From Octopus sinensis (Eukaryota), in the NCBI RefSeq assembly GCF_006345805.1, contig NC_043001.1:60884001-60948000 (forward strand): a stretch of DNA of 64,000 bases. Direction: 5' to 3'. Position 1 is the first letter of the stretch. Each line of letters starts with the position of its first letter. Below are positions 40,229 through 55,320 of the stretch, one piece after another. A program made the position numbers and the translations under genes. The notes under the pieces were generated by a model. That model worked only from the letters and a program-made list of their open reading frames with translations. It ran no database searches and was not told where the DNA came from.

Positions 40229-40339
40229 TATATTTGTGTGTTCGCATACGTGTGTGTATTTGTGTATACATATACGTATATAATATATATATTATATATA
40301 TATATATATATATAATATATATATATATAATATATATAT

Positions 40340-40372
<33 letters not shown>

Positions 40373-40404
40373 ATATATGTGTGTGTTTGTGTGTAAATGT
40401 ATAT

Positions 40405-40476
<72 letters not shown>

Positions 40477-41106
40477 ATATATATACAGACCTCATTACAT
40501 ATTCACACACAAATAGACATTCGTGATCAGTGAATATAATCTGGAAAATATTATTTGAAACAAACGATTGATCGTGTTCTCATGAATGTGTCGCAGAATT
40601 TCCATTCTTTAAAGAACGGAACATGTTTCATTTTAGCAGAGTGGGTTTTTGCAGGGCTATACCTTTCAACAGTATAAAATGCAAACAAAAGATCTATTTT
40701 AGAACGTTCTGAGCGATTGCTTGCTTTAAGGGGAATTGTATTTGCTTGCACAGCCTGAGAGGTCAAAATATATTTTACAAAAAATACGTTGGAATAACTA
40801 TGAATGGACTACGTGATATCTTTGTAACGGAAAACAGTAAACTAAAGTGCACACATATTACGAATGACATTAATTATATTTAGCAAATATATAATTTACT
40901 TTAACTCATTTCATTTCCAAGCTTCACAATTGCTGTCAACATCATACCACCGAAATAAGGATTTCAAAATTAAAGATCAGTGAAGTCTACAGGTATTAAT
41001 TTTCAAGAATGGATAATGTATATACATACATGCATACATGTATACATACATACATACATACATACATGCATCCATCCATCCATCCATCCATCCATACATA
41101 CATACA

Positions 41107-41138
<32 letters not shown>

Positions 41139-41164
41139 CACACGCGCCCACACATACATATATA

Positions 41165-41350
41165 TTCTTTTATTCTTTATATTCATTTAATTGTTTATCA
41201 TTTTATTGTGGCCATGCTGGAACACCGCCTTTAATCGACCTCAGACCCTATATTTTGTAAGCCTAGTACTTATTCTATCGATTTCTTTTGCCGAACCGCT
41301 ATGTTACGTCACGTAAAAACACCAACAACCATTCTCAAGAGATGGTTGTG
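41165..41350 (-). mobile_element. SINE family A, 3' half
   Basis: gcggccatgctgg-like head of the 3' half, agtacttattctatcg, ttttgccgaaccgcta. Confidence 0.8.
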
Positions 41351-42029
41351 GGACAAATATTGACACTGACATATATACACACACACACACACACAAACAG
41401 ACACACACACATATATATATATAACTATAACTATAAAAGAGAGTTAGTATATGTGCGTGTGCGTATGTTCCTTATCCATTCAAAACCGAGTTTCCGACTT
41501 TGACGTTAGGGTTATGAAAAAATTCAATAAGCTTTTGACTACCAACTAAACTATATTTTCATTCCCATATTTGCATTACAAAAATTTAACATCATAATTT
41601 TTCCTTTAGTCACCTATCGTACACGACATTTTATATCGCCACCACAACGACGATGATGTCATATTTTCTATATCAGTGTGCTCGAATGTTCTTTACATAC
41701 GTTAGTCCGATGACGGACAAGGATATCTGTGTGACGTTGTATGTGTCTGTCAGCATATATACATATTTGTGACGACTGACATACACATACACGCATCTAA
41801 AGACCGACTCAAACACCCATAGGGACGGAGATACGCTTTAGGTGTGCATTAATATACGTGTGTGTGTGTACCTCTCTCTTAGTTTATGTATGTAACTCAC
41901 CCCACCAACAGTGAAACGAGCCGATATTGTAAGTTTACTTACGGCTTGGACTTAAAAACAAATAAAGTACTATCAACATGAAAATTTCACTTTCAAGTAC
42001 TATCAACATGAAAATTTGGCTGATTTAAC

Positions 42030-43010
42030 ACCACTCACAAATCTTACAAATATATCTGAAAAAATATTATTCTGGTTATTATAACCAATTCCGGAACTTG
42101 GCGAAGTAGAAAGCCTCAACCGCTCTTTTAATATAATTACAGAAATGCTATTCCACTCGTTCTAACCAGTTTCAAGATAATGCTTTTTGTAACAGTCCTC
42201 GTGTTTTTCATCACTGTGAATATCAACGTCGTACAACGTTTTTACTGAGCTAGTTAGTATTTATTCTACAGAGTATAACGTTCACAACAACAACATCTTC
42301 CTTCTTAGAGAGTTGGTTCAGCGTTCTTTTAAATATTGTAAAATAAGTTTTTTGCATGAAAAATTGAATTATGCCTTCTGATTTTCTTGCACTTTCACTT
42401 TCTTCACCGTGACATTCATTCAATCGTGAATTTTATAATATTTAGTACGTGTACCAAATATATGCTGACTTTAGGTACATTCTTACATTGGTGATGCATA
42501 CTAACTTTTGCTAAATTGGTGACTTGCCATTTTTTTATAGCATAACTATGCTTCAGAAATTGTTTTGCACCTATATTGACTACATTTCGTTTCGCTTTAA
42601 ATTAGTGTGTGTACATTTTGCTGTTTTCAATATTATCAATTCTATGAGTGTGTGTGTGCGTGTGCGTGTATGTGTTTGTTTTTGCGTTCGTTACGTCTAT
42701 ATTAAACTATAGTAAAGAACGTTTTACGCTCTTTTAATGAGCTCACATCTAATGAAGTAGCCATACTTATGGTTGGCGATCCCATTGAAAATCATGATAT
42801 TCTTATTCGTGTTCGAGTTATCAACCTTTAACGTGTTTCACAGACTCATCCTTCTTTTGATGTCCTACAGTATACCCTTATTTTGTGGAATGAACAAGAT
42901 GCGTATCATTTCAATATTCCTGCAACAGGATATAAAATTACAAACAAAAGGGTGTCGTCAAATGTCTTCTATTCTTACCAACTGATGTTAAGACCAGAAC
43001 AATCAAGTAC
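42030..43010 (+). mobile_element. Helitron Rep-domain relic
   Basis: 42730-43010 reads TSNEVAILMVGDPIENHDILIRV...RVSQTHPSFDVLQYTLILW...YHFNIP...KRVSSNVFYSYQLMLR, matching the Helitron PTxDEVA...RDI...SYDALQYPL...FYSYRLM block. Confidence 0.75.
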
Positions 43011-43017
43011 TTTCTAC

Positions 43018-43240
43018 TATAGGCACAAGGCCTGACATGTCGGGGGTGGGGACCAGTAGATTACATCGACCTCAGTGTCTCATGGTACTTAATTTGTCTC
43101 ATATTACTTAATTTATGGAGCCCGAAAGGATAAAGGGCAAAGTTGACCCCGTCGCCATTTCAAGTCAGAACGGAATGACATGTGAAATACCGCTCAAGCA
43201 TTTTGCCCTGCATGCTAACGATTCTGCCAGCTCGCCGCCT
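43018..43240 (-). mobile_element. SINE family B
   Basis: gattacatcgacctcagtg...cccgaaaggataaagggcaaagttgacc...gctaacgattctgccagctcgccgcct. Confidence 0.8.
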
Positions 43241-43933
43241 TCCAGAACAATCAAAGCAATTACACATTTACATATTTTCTATGTTATCTCAATAACCAGC
43301 TATAGTTATTTCCAATACACTTCCCTACAACGACCAGGTTTCATTACAAAATGTAAACAGTTTCACATTTTTAATTTGAACCAAAATTACAAAGTGCTGC
43401 ATTACGAAACTGACGACGTGTGAATAAAGAAAGTAATGTTTCTCCGAATTAGTCACATGTGTATTATAATAGAGAAAGCTGCTTATTATATATCCACCAA
43501 ATAAACTATGTTTTTGACTCAACAACTCTTTTTTACAACTAAAATAAGATCGTTAACAAGGTTGGGTTGCACAGATTTGAGGTCATTTTCGGACAATTTT
43601 TAAATTTGTTTCTAATGTATCACTTTTGTCCGATGTTTCACACATTTCTGAGCAAAATCGTATTAACCCCACACCTACTTTTAATACGATAAAACAATAA
43701 ATAGTTTTCGATCTTTCTGAAGAATAGAAAACACTTCAGGCAAACCCACGCAAATATAAACTTTGCCCTTCAAAATAACTTTCATTATTCCATTAACTAT
43801 ATATCAGTTGAGCGGATTCTGCCCATAAGAAAGGAGCAAATACTACAATGTGCTTGTAGGTCATATACATATATACATATGTGTGTGTGTGTGTCTGTGT
43901 GTGTCTGTGTGTGTCTGTGTGTGTGTGTGTGTA

Positions 43934-44090
43934 TACGACGAGCTTCTTTCAATTTCTGTATATCAAATCCACTCACAGGCCTTTCATCAGCCCGAGGCTA
44001 TAGTAGAAGACAATTGCTGAATGTGTCAAGCAGTGGGACAGAACCCGGAAACCATGTGGTAGTAAAGCAAGCTTCTTACTATACATCCAC
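43934..44090 (-). mobile_element. SINE family A, 5' half
   Basis: caaatccactcacaggc...cagcccgaggctatagtagaagac...gaacccggaaaccatgtgg. Confidence 0.8.
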
Positions 44091-44331
44091 TGCTGTGATA
44101 AGAAGATGGTTTGTAAGTTTGTTATGTAATGCTTATGTATATATGGGTGTTTATGTGTATATTGTTGCATGTCATTGTATGCCTGTATTTTTGGGTGTTC
44201 GTATGTGTTTTGTGCGCGTGTGTATATGTGTGCTTGTATATATATGTATTATGTATAAATATATACATATATGTATACTTATTTATATATATATATTATA
44301 TATATATATATAATATATATATATATATATA

Positions 44332-44612
44332 CTAGCAGCTAAGCCCGGCTTCACCCGGTCTGTTTGGATGATGTGGCTGTGATCGTTTTCGGTTAGGCAT
44401 AATCTATAGCAGCGTTTCTCAACCTTTGGAGCCCCCAAATGCATGAACATTTCTGAGAGCTATTCTATTGGACCTCTGGCTAATCATTAAAACATTGATT
44501 AAATTGTGAACATAGAAAGAAATTATACATTAATCCCTATTTTTGTAAGTAGATGTATCCTTAAAAATTTTATTTGCAGTGAGCAGAAATTGAAAGAAGA
44601 TATATGAAATGG

Positions 44613-44671
<59 letters not shown>

Positions 44672-45767
44672 TGTCTATGTGTGTGTGTGCGTGGGTGCTT
44701 ACGTGTGTGTGTGAGAGAAAGAGGTTGAGAACAAAGATTAAGATTATTAACCTCACAAAGAGGTAAAAGAATAGAGACGGCATATCGAAGGTTTGGGCTG
44801 AGTGTCATCCTGTACTCCTCTTGTTGAAAGCGAAATGGTATATGCCGGCTGTGTGAGCAACTGGTTGTTTTAATGGCGGAACAAAGAGGGGAATTCCATT
44901 AGAAAAGGTTTCAATCGATTTTCTCGGTAACTATAGGGGCTAGGGAAAAATACAAACCGCATTATAATCGATGCACCCGTCTCCATATGTGTGCTCTTTT
45001 TCACGCGAATCCACCCAGCCGTTTGGCTTGAGCCTCAAGACAAGAAAGGGATCTTTTCATTTTGAAACGTAGTTAAATTTTAAGAATTTTAACCAATGAA
45101 ATCGCAGCATTCGAGCTCAAATTATTTACCTCTTCTTCTGTCTTCTACATGTGCTAGAAATAACAGCTATATCTCTTAAATCGATTAATTTCGTCGCCCA
45201 ATAAAAATATTAACGATATTTTTTGAATATTTTCTTTTCTTTTTTTTTACCAAAAAGGCTTCTCCCATAGTTTTGAAGGGCCAGAAACAACAAAAACAAA
45301 ACAATAATATGCCTAAATCGGTCTCGAGTTTGCGTGTGGAGTGTGAGTAGTATTGTAAAAATTTGCGAAATATTTTTTCATAAAAGGATGCCCCCAGCTT
45401 GTCGGAAGCTGTGATATAAATTGGGAAAAAAATCCTCGACACCAGTGCGTAACTGGTACTTAAATTATCGACCCCGAAACGATGAAACATTGCCCCCCCC
45501 CCTTCTGGTTTATTTACCTTTTATGCAAATTTGTTGCGGCAAGTGGCAAAACACGAACGTGTAATGTATGCTTGTGTGCGTATGTGTGTGTATGTATATG
45601 TCCGTTTGTATGTGTGTGTACGCTTATATATTAATTACTATGTGCTTGTGCAAATGTATATGCATGTGTTTGAGAGAGAGAGAGTGTGTGTGTGTGTGTG
45701 TCGTTTGTATGTGTGTGTACGCTTATATATTGATTACTATGTGCTTGTGCAAATGTATATGCATGTG

Positions 45768-45807
<40 letters not shown>

Positions 45808-46125
45808 TGTGTGTGTGTGTCGTGCGTCTGCTATATTTCTTTATCAATATCGATAACGCAGCAATGCTGGGATTTCATTGGTTAAAATTCGAAGATGTTG
45901 GGATTTCATTGGTTAAAATTCTTAAAATGAAACTACGTTTAAGTTACGAATTACAATTTTATTTTCAATTTTGTTTACACTAATGTTTTCTTTTGACACA
46001 TTCTACCAGTATACGAAGTTTCAAATTGTTTAGTTAACTAGGAAAATCTGGCCTTCAAAATGAAAAGATCCCAAGAAAGAATACAACGATCGCTCATATC
46101 CAATTTATATTATATATATATATAT
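44332..46125 (-). mobile_element. Probable non-autonomous Helitron with internal microsatellites, SINE and hAT-end fragments
   Basis: Minus-strand 3' end ccgggtgaagccggg...CTAG/t at 44332. Internal about 98-bp tandem duplication (45601-45800) and repeated gggatttcattggttaaaatt motif. The far boundary is inferred. Confidence 0.4.
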
Positions 46126-46249
46126 ATCAGACCTGCAAATAATTTTACATTGATAAACAGAGTTTCTAGTCTTCGAATTACTGCTAAGGAAACGAAAGCG
46201 ATTGGAATTTATAGCAGAAATACAAATATTATTGTTATTATTGTTAAAT

Positions 46250-46390
46250 GTATTTTTCAATGTGTAAAATAATAGGGAAGAATAAATAAATAGTTACCAA
46301 GGTAGCAAAAATTCACATAATACCAAGGATGTAACAGCCTACTTATAAAGGTAGAAATTCCAGGGTATAGTGAAATGTTTTTGTATCACA

Positions 46391-46437
<47 letters not shown>

Positions 46438-48050
46438 ATGGAGTTAAACGCAGATATTATTCAAATCTTTATACTTCCGACATATGTGTCGAAGAAAGCA
46501 TTGGAATTATTCTGGAAGGAATAAAATGATGTAAAACATCATGTCTCATCAGGGAAAAGATCAGAAACAATAAGGCATTTAAACCGAATTTCATTACTGC
46601 ATAAATGATGAAGGGAATGCTGGTAAGTTATTTCATTAAAAAAAACCGTTAATAGATATAACGTCAATGGCAATTTATAGAAAGAGAAGGGGGTGGAAGA
46701 AAGAAGTTAGGAGAAAACTAAGGATAGAGAAATATAGTGCAATAGTTGAATGGGAATAAAGATTAAAGTCGTAGAAAGAGATATATTTAGTGGAAAAGAA
46801 ATGTAAGAAGACAGTTATAGGTTGAATTTTATAGACAAGTATAAATTGCTTATAAGAACTAAAGGTATGTTTTTGCCAATGTTTGCAACGATAAACGCGT
46901 TCTTTAAACGTGTTTACAAGAGGATTCTCTGAGAACAGGATGAAATACATCTCATCGTTACAGAGTGAACTAAAAGATTTAACTTTATCATAAGGAAAGG
47001 GAACTAGATAGAATATTCTATTCCAAACCAAATTGTTTATTATTTTCCTTTAGAGACCAAATTAATTTACTTAGCCCATATTATTACGTTTATTGATATG
47101 TCTAAATGCAGTGTAATGGTTGGATATTCTTTTGGACAACTGAGACGAAGAACCACTTATATAAAACAAGACATCAGACCTGCAAATAATTTTACATTGA
47201 TAAACAGAGTTTCTAGTCTTCGAATTACTGCTAAGGAAACGAAAGCGATTGGAATTTATAGCAGAAATACAAATATTATTGTTATTATTGTTAAAATAAT
47301 GCTTAGTGTTAAAAATAACAATGTTATTAAGTTGATTTGTATTTAACAACTTATTGTGATGCAAAGAGATGATTCGTGAAAGATTGTTGGTGTTTGAAGA
47401 CCCTATTCTGATTCGATGTGAATTCATAACGGAGTAGTATCTTGAATGTTTGGATAAATTCTTATCTATAGCTTCACCTAACTCGTAAGGGAGGTTGGAT
47501 TTGATCTTTTTAACATATGGAATTATCAACAATACAGTTTTGCTATGACATGCCTTGTTATTACGGTAATTATCTTTAAAAGTCCTAGATGTACTTTTAT
47601 AACGAAAAGGGGTCTGAAAGAACGGTTATCTCTCTTACGCTGCAAAATTACATTTCTGGATTTAGTGTTGTTATTCGAACTAAGATTTATATTGTTATTA
47701 CCGTTATGATTTGGTTTCATGTCCTGATTAATAGAAGTAGAATTAATGTCAATAGGATTAATATAGGTAATTTTTTTCTTTATAGCCTGCTTTAAGTAAG
47801 GCAGAGTTCTAAACTTCCGCTTTATCGGTGAAGATATCAACATTGGCAGATAATCTAGAAAATCTAAGTGAAATATTCCGAACCAAATTCCTTGTAATAG
47901 CCTTTGAATCATTACCGAAAGAATTAAAATAATTCAAATTAGTTGAGGGTTTATGGTTTGGGAAATATGAATCATTATGTAAGTTAAGAGTAATATCCAA
48001 AAGAATGGCTTTAGTTATATTATCGTCGAATACAATAGTAAGCCCATGTT
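46250..48050 (-). mobile_element. AT-rich Penelope-like relic (C-terminal RT/linker plus GIY-YIG plus 3' UTR)
   Basis: VYQCKIICRSDVLFYISGSSSQLSKRISNHYTAFRH, then LSKLIWSLKEN-like and SLCNDEMYFILFSE...RCKH, matching the YIG...R..NH..SF...LSKYIW.LK...CNLC..EK pattern. Confidence 0.75.
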
Positions 48051-48139
48051 ACGGAACAATTTAACGATTCTTTCTTTTAACCCTTTGTAATTTTTGGTTA
48101 GAAGAATTTTGAAAGTGAATTAGACAACCATCTCGATAT

Positions 48140-48340
48140 AGCTGTTTGGGAATTGGTCACTCATCTCATACCGACCAAATCAGTGATTTGTGATAAATTA
48201 GAACTTCCCATTGTGACAACAAAACTGTCAGGTGTTATTTATCAATGTAAAATTACTTCCGTGTCTGACATCATTTTTATATAAGTAGTTCTTCATCTCG
48301 GTTGTCCAAAAGAATATCTAACTCTACATTCAGATGTATC
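48140..48340 (+). mobile_element. Helitron helicase C-terminal relic
   Basis: LIPTKSVICDKLELPIVTTKLSG followed by PCL..FY, a decayed LIPxD...RLQFPV...TINKSQG...FSHGQLYV block. Confidence 0.45.
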
Positions 48341-51300
48341 AATAAACGTAATGTATTTTGAAATATACAATTAAAATAGTCATTTTATTTAGTTGTATCA
48401 ATTACAAACAATAAAATATGAAGTTCTAAATAATATTGCACAAGATTTTTTCACTTCATTGAAGTCCCATTACAGTAAGACAAACATATTGATTACACTA
48501 TAATGCTCATTAAATGGTTTCAAATCAGCCATATGTTCAATCAATTCTTCCACATTAAAAAAAAAATAATTTTAATCTGACAAATAAATCATAAGTAAAA
48601 ATTATTATCATTAATACAATAGAATTAGTCTAAATCGTCTTTGGCTAATTCGTTACTTCACCTAATTTGTCATTTTCAGTTTTCTCCTAGCGATGACTAA
48701 TTAGGCGAATTCTACTGTATTTTTTAAAATTTTATTTTGTTTTATTTCATTTTTGAAATACTGCTTTTTCCCAAAATACAAACTTAAGTACAAACTTAAA
48801 TAATGTTGCTTAAATCATTTTTTATGAAAATAATAAAATTTATTGGAGCTATACATAAGAAGAGTTTCTGAATATACGCCCACAGGCTTAATATTTGATA
48901 GACTTATTCTTGGAAAAATACAGTAATGTTTTTTATAATTTCTGTTTTAATAAACTATAGGGAATTTTTAAAATGATATTCTCGGCTGCAATATTTTAAG
49001 TACAGTAGAATTTTAATTTTAAGTACATTTGGTTTCCTTTAAAGGTGACAAATTAAGCAAATTCTACTGAAGAAATCTTATTTTCTAGTTTTTCAGTTTT
49101 TCAAATACAATAATGTAAGAATATTAACATGCATCTGCCCGCATTTTCATCATAATATAAGTATATATGTGAGTATGTATGTATATATGTGTGTGTCTGT
49201 GTGCCCTCAAGCTATTATTTACTTTGACGAGTTACAACTTCCAAACGATATATTTGATATCTCTCCAAGGTTGTAAAATTATACAAACATCTCTATAATG
49301 TAAACATTTCAGTTGTGAACAAGCCTTGCAATACTTGCTGAGTAAATGTGTGAGGTAAATTTATAATGTTCGGACATTTTTCACCAAGTGATTTTTAAAT
49401 AAATTTTCTACATGATATTATTTAAAGCACGCAGAATGTTTAAAGGAAGTAACTCTAAGTGAGTAACTGTGGCAACGTTTTACCGCTACCATGACAACTC
49501 CCGTTACTTTCTTTTTAAGTACAAGTTCGAAACCTGAGGAATTCTAACTAGATAAATTCTCGAAGCAGTTTAAATTCACATGTCTGCTATATTCAAAGTG
49601 CTAAGCAGAAGGGCATCCAAGTGCCACGATCTCGATGCGCCCCGGATCCTTAGAATGTAAGAAATTATGGGTCGAATCACTCGCTAGAGCGATCTTCTCT
49701 GAAGACCTTCGGCTGTTCCGCTCCCTTGGGAGTTTCTATCTTCTGGAACATTGCTATACCGTTGACTTCCGTGATCTGGCCGGAGGACGTCCGGTAAAGT
49801 CTGGTTGACACTGGAAAAACTAGATACACAGCCTTTGACGGCTAGCTCCCACGTTGCCTTTATTATAATACTGCCGGTCCTAGTAAAGAAAGATGCTCCT
49901 GAGATTCACCGAAAATAATTCATTCGAACAGGAATTCAAAACGGACTATGAACACAGGCCTCATAGACATTCCGTGTATTTGAGGAAGGCGATTTTCCAC
50001 ACTGCTCCCAATTAAGGTCCACAGGTTGAAAAGGTCTGTGCAAAGATCCTGTTGAATGAAAAGCAGCGCATTGCTCTTGGAAGGCCAGGCGTCAAACTAC
50101 AATACTAAGGATATCCACGCCCTTGATTAAGGCGAGGTATTTTTACTGATTTAAGCTGAATTTGCCTCTCACAAGTTCAAAAGAAGAGTGGGATATTGTG
50201 GACTAAAAAATAGTCCAAAAACGGATTGTATTCATAGAGCACTCTAAAACGGATTGTGCCCTAGAGCACTTTAGAACACAAACTAACTGCATAGGAAGAC
50301 AGTTTCTACAATCTGCAGAGACGTGAATACAATAAGACAGCCAAATGTGAAATCACCTCTCCAGATATCGAGACGCCAGCGAGAGATGGTTAACATTCAA
50401 ATGAAGAAAATGGATCTCAAGAAGTAGATGTAAGTTGTTTCGGTATTTGAGAAACAACGATTAAAGAAGCTCTGGGAAGACCTCAAGTGAGAAATAGTGT
50501 TCTCAAGAAAACAGAAATAGCAAGGAAGAAAGAAAGCAGAAAGAAATATTTAGGAGTTTGCTTCTTCAGGTACCTGTTCCAGTTGGCCAGGAAACTATTC
50601 AAGGAGATAAAATCTGGGACACTCACAGTAAACAGGGAAGTAGAGCAGTAACTTGGGAAAACATAGACTCACAGAATGAGTCGTCAATTGCAACCCAGGT
50701 TCTGGTGTGGCCTGCTCCGCCAGAGGAATTGTTCATACAGTATTCCTACAGAACGATAAGTGATCTGTCATTCCAATTACATTGTCGCTCACCACTAGAA
50801 AATATTTCTCATATCATTTTGTTTATTGACTCATTGAAATTCCCCTACTGTTTATACTTTTACCTTTACGATGTTTATGTGTGAGATATGTTATCTTTCG
50901 CGTGATATAGTCATTGATTATAATTCTGTGATTGATGTATCTGTTTTGTCTATTAATTCTTTGTTGTTTGGTTCTCTGGGCATTTAGATTGTATTTCTTT
51001 GCGAGTGTTGCGCTTTCTGTTGATTTTGATGTAGATTATGTTGAGATTGTAGTTGTAGTAATATTTTCAGGATCAATGTTGCGTATGACAAGGAGGTGGT
51101 GGTGATGATGTTGGTATTATAAACCCATCGTATTTCCTCTAGTTAAATCTCTCGGGTTTTAAAGAGCAGATTTGTTTTATACTTACCCTTTTTAATTTTT
51201 TGGGAATATATGTTCATTTTTAATCTTTTTTTGCACTCAGATATATTACGGCATATCAATGGCAAGAGTATCAATATTATTGGTTTTCGATTAAGACATA

Positions 51301-51599
51301 AGGTTTTGTTTTTAATTTTGAGGAGAGGATGTCAGTTGATATATTCGAACCCAGTTGAATAAAAACTGCGTGAAGCAGTAAAAGTTTCTGGATGAGCCTA
51401 GAATGAGAACCAGTATTGAGTACACAGCTGATCTAAAATGCCTCTAATACAGCACAGCCTCTGTTCCCATAAGAATGCTTGTGGTTAAAATTTAAACAAA
51501 AAGAAAAAATCATATAGGGAATTGGAGAGTGAGAATCAAAATGATCGGTTCAATAGATAACTTAGAAGACTAACAGTAATAATTGTAAAAAAAGAAAAT

Positions 51600-52230
51600 G
51601 AAGGAAAGGAATAAGTCAAAAAACAAAAAGAAAGTACATTCAAAGAATTAAACTACTTTAAGTAGAAGAGACTCTTCAGAAATATAGTCAGTAAGCTTTA
51701 CCAACAGCTGAGCAACTAGATCGATGAACAGGAGGATGAGGTGCCAAAAGCCGATGCAGCAAGAAGCATTTGGTTAGCTGTCTAGAGGAATGAGATTCAG
51801 CATTGCAGGGAAGTGGACCATATATGACCAAATCAAAATTATATAACTGTTACAAATGGGAAAGTGATAACTAAATGAGAAACGGAGAAATAAATTTAAA
51901 TTAAGTGATAAATAATGATACCAAGTTGGAAATACTCTAGAGCAGAATTCTGGTTAAAAAACTTCACAAGCATGTGCAACCATTTCTTACTGACAGTATA
52001 CTAAATAGAACACGAACATGGATGACAAAAGAAGGACAGTTCTATTATTGAAGTTTCCCTCTAGGAAGCATACTAATAAAATCTAACCATGCCAGTTTAA
52101 TTGCTAGAGCCAAAAGTGAAAGTAATTCATCTGCTATGTTACGTCATTCTATACACTAAAACCGAAGCATAAAGACCTATGAGCCCCGTCTTCGGCAATA
52201 CAGAAACCAAAGGAATTAGGGTGGTTTTGA
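51600..52230 (+). mobile_element. R4/Dong-like LINE RT relic
   Basis: Contains WKYSRAEFWLKNFTS (NWKAPG...FWLKxF) and WM..RRTVLLLK, followed by a YRPI-like segment. Confidence 0.55.
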
Positions 52231-52689
52231 AAGTTCTAGGTGAGTGATGCTCAATATTAAGGTTATGTGATATGATGAGATTTTTTGGTAGGAATTGTGA
52301 TTATATTTCATGCAACTATGAGAAACAAAGTAGCCATATTCTATTCCATATGTGTAACGTGTTTCCCTCTCAACTTTTGAGAGCCACTCTAGGTTTGTGT
52401 ACGCCCCCTTCAATTAGCGTTTCAGTAGAAATGACACCGATAGAAGAGAAGGTGAAAACAAGTCTAATCGATTTGAAAAACTACAAATCAAGTCAAGTTT
52501 GTACCCAATCCAGCGAGTGATACAAGAAAATAATATGATGTGAGGTTAAAATTTTCTGCCTCATTATGGTTTTCCTATATTTTCTTCTGTAACACCGTTT
52601 TTCAATCATACACACACACAAACAAACACAAAAACACATACACATACATATACATACATACATACATACACACATACATACATACATAC

Positions 52690-52721
<32 letters not shown>

Positions 52722-53430
52722 ATAAGCTTTCTTCTGTTGACGTGCAATACTCTCATTGTATGTGTATGTGTGTGTTGATGTGTGTGTGTGTGTGTAATGG
52801 AAAGATGGTATGACAGACGAAAATATAGAAAAACTATAAGGAACGCAGAAAATTTTAACCGCTCATTATATTACTTTCTTGTTATAGTATCATAACTACA
52901 ATATTGAAAATGATGAGGGGTACGAGAAGAGGAATTAGAAAAAGTTCAATTAAACGCATGAAACCGAAAATGCTAATGTAATGCTGTCCAATGCTGCACT
53001 GTTGAAAAGAAATGTGAAGTCAGTTGTTCTAAGATTTCGATGCTTCTGCTGCTGACGTTGGTGATGTTGGTAATACAATCATTGCTTCCCTTATTAAATA
53101 TATTATTATAGAATATATTGTGTGTGAATATATCGTCTGTACACAAAATCATAAGTTGAGAGTATGAGGAGACAGTAAGGAAGAGAAAGTTTCGATAATT
53201 ACTGACTGCACCAACTCTAAAATATCTCCCGGTCAAATTCCATTAGCGAAAAGACAAGCTATGCGAAAGTAATGAGTTTTGATAAAATTACTTAATTGCA
53301 GTGCTTTCATGATATCTTTTTCTTACTTCGATTTATTTCTGCTTTTGTCAATATCTTGTATTTTCTAGTGTATAAGTAGTTAGACGTGTATCTATGGAGA
53401 AAAGTAATATTTAAGATTATTATTATTATC

Positions 53431-54172
<742 letters not shown>

Positions 54173-55031
54173 TTTAAAGCTCTTTTGCTTTTTTTATTTA
54201 TTATTTAATTTCTTACTGTAATACACTAGTAGAACCGTGAAACATGCTCCTATAACAGAATAATACTATGTAATATTTGATACATGAAATTTCGTTTTCA
54301 CACTGTTGTCAAAATCTGACTATTTGCATAATCGAGCTTAATAAAGATACGTTTGAATTCGTACGATTTAATACCTTTAATACTTCATACGCCTGAATTC
54401 CTGAGTTGCATCGAAGTAAAACCAATCTTTAAAAAGCCAGACATTTCATATAACTGAATCAAAAGAAGCTAAGAAATATATTGGAATCATCGAACAAAGC
54501 TGAACTAGTATTTCATTGCTCTTTTGTCAAGACAGAGTAGCCATATTTCTCTTAATCATAAAGCATCCTTTTAAAAATGTAAAGCTCGTTGATTAATGAA
54601 GGACTCATTGGATAAAACTATAACTGGAAGAGATAAATTATGGTCATATCGGAAACAATTGCGATAGAATGTTTGTTTAACCCGGCTGATCTAGAACTAA
54701 ATGACTGCAGCAGCAATTAGAAAACAAACGTCACAATTCGTAAGGAAAAAACATAATTCTTCAAGAAGTAGGAAAAACATATTCTGCCACTTCTTCCCAT
54801 CTTTCAGAATTTAGCTGTTGGTAATAACTCCAACTTTAACACAAGTACCAATGAATAAAATACCACATTTCATTTAATACTCCCTACACTGAGCTCTGTT
54901 AGTGGCTAAGAGTTCTTTGACTCTTATTTCTAGCAATGCCGGTGTAGAATTGCACCCTAGTCACTTTTAATAGCAATTAAATTATGCCTGTTAATTTTAA
55001 TTTGCGTCTAGTCACTTTAATAATCTTACAC

Positions 55032-55068
<37 letters not shown>

Positions 55069-55086
55069 ACACACACAGACACACAC

Positions 55087-55147
<61 letters not shown>

Positions 55148-55163
<16 letters not shown>

Positions 55164-55320
55164 CATATAACGGACTGCTTTCAGTTTCCGTCTACCAAAT
55201 CCAAATACAAGCTTTAATCGTCCCGGTAGCATACTGAAAGGTACTTGTTTAAGGTGCCGCGCAGCGAGACTGAAACGTGATAATCCATTGTTGGGAAGCA
55301 AACATTTTACCAGATTGCCA
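55148..55320 (-). mobile_element. SINE family A, 5' half
   Basis: ctttcagtttccgtctaccaaatcc...ggtgccgcgcagcgagactgaa. Confidence 0.75.
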
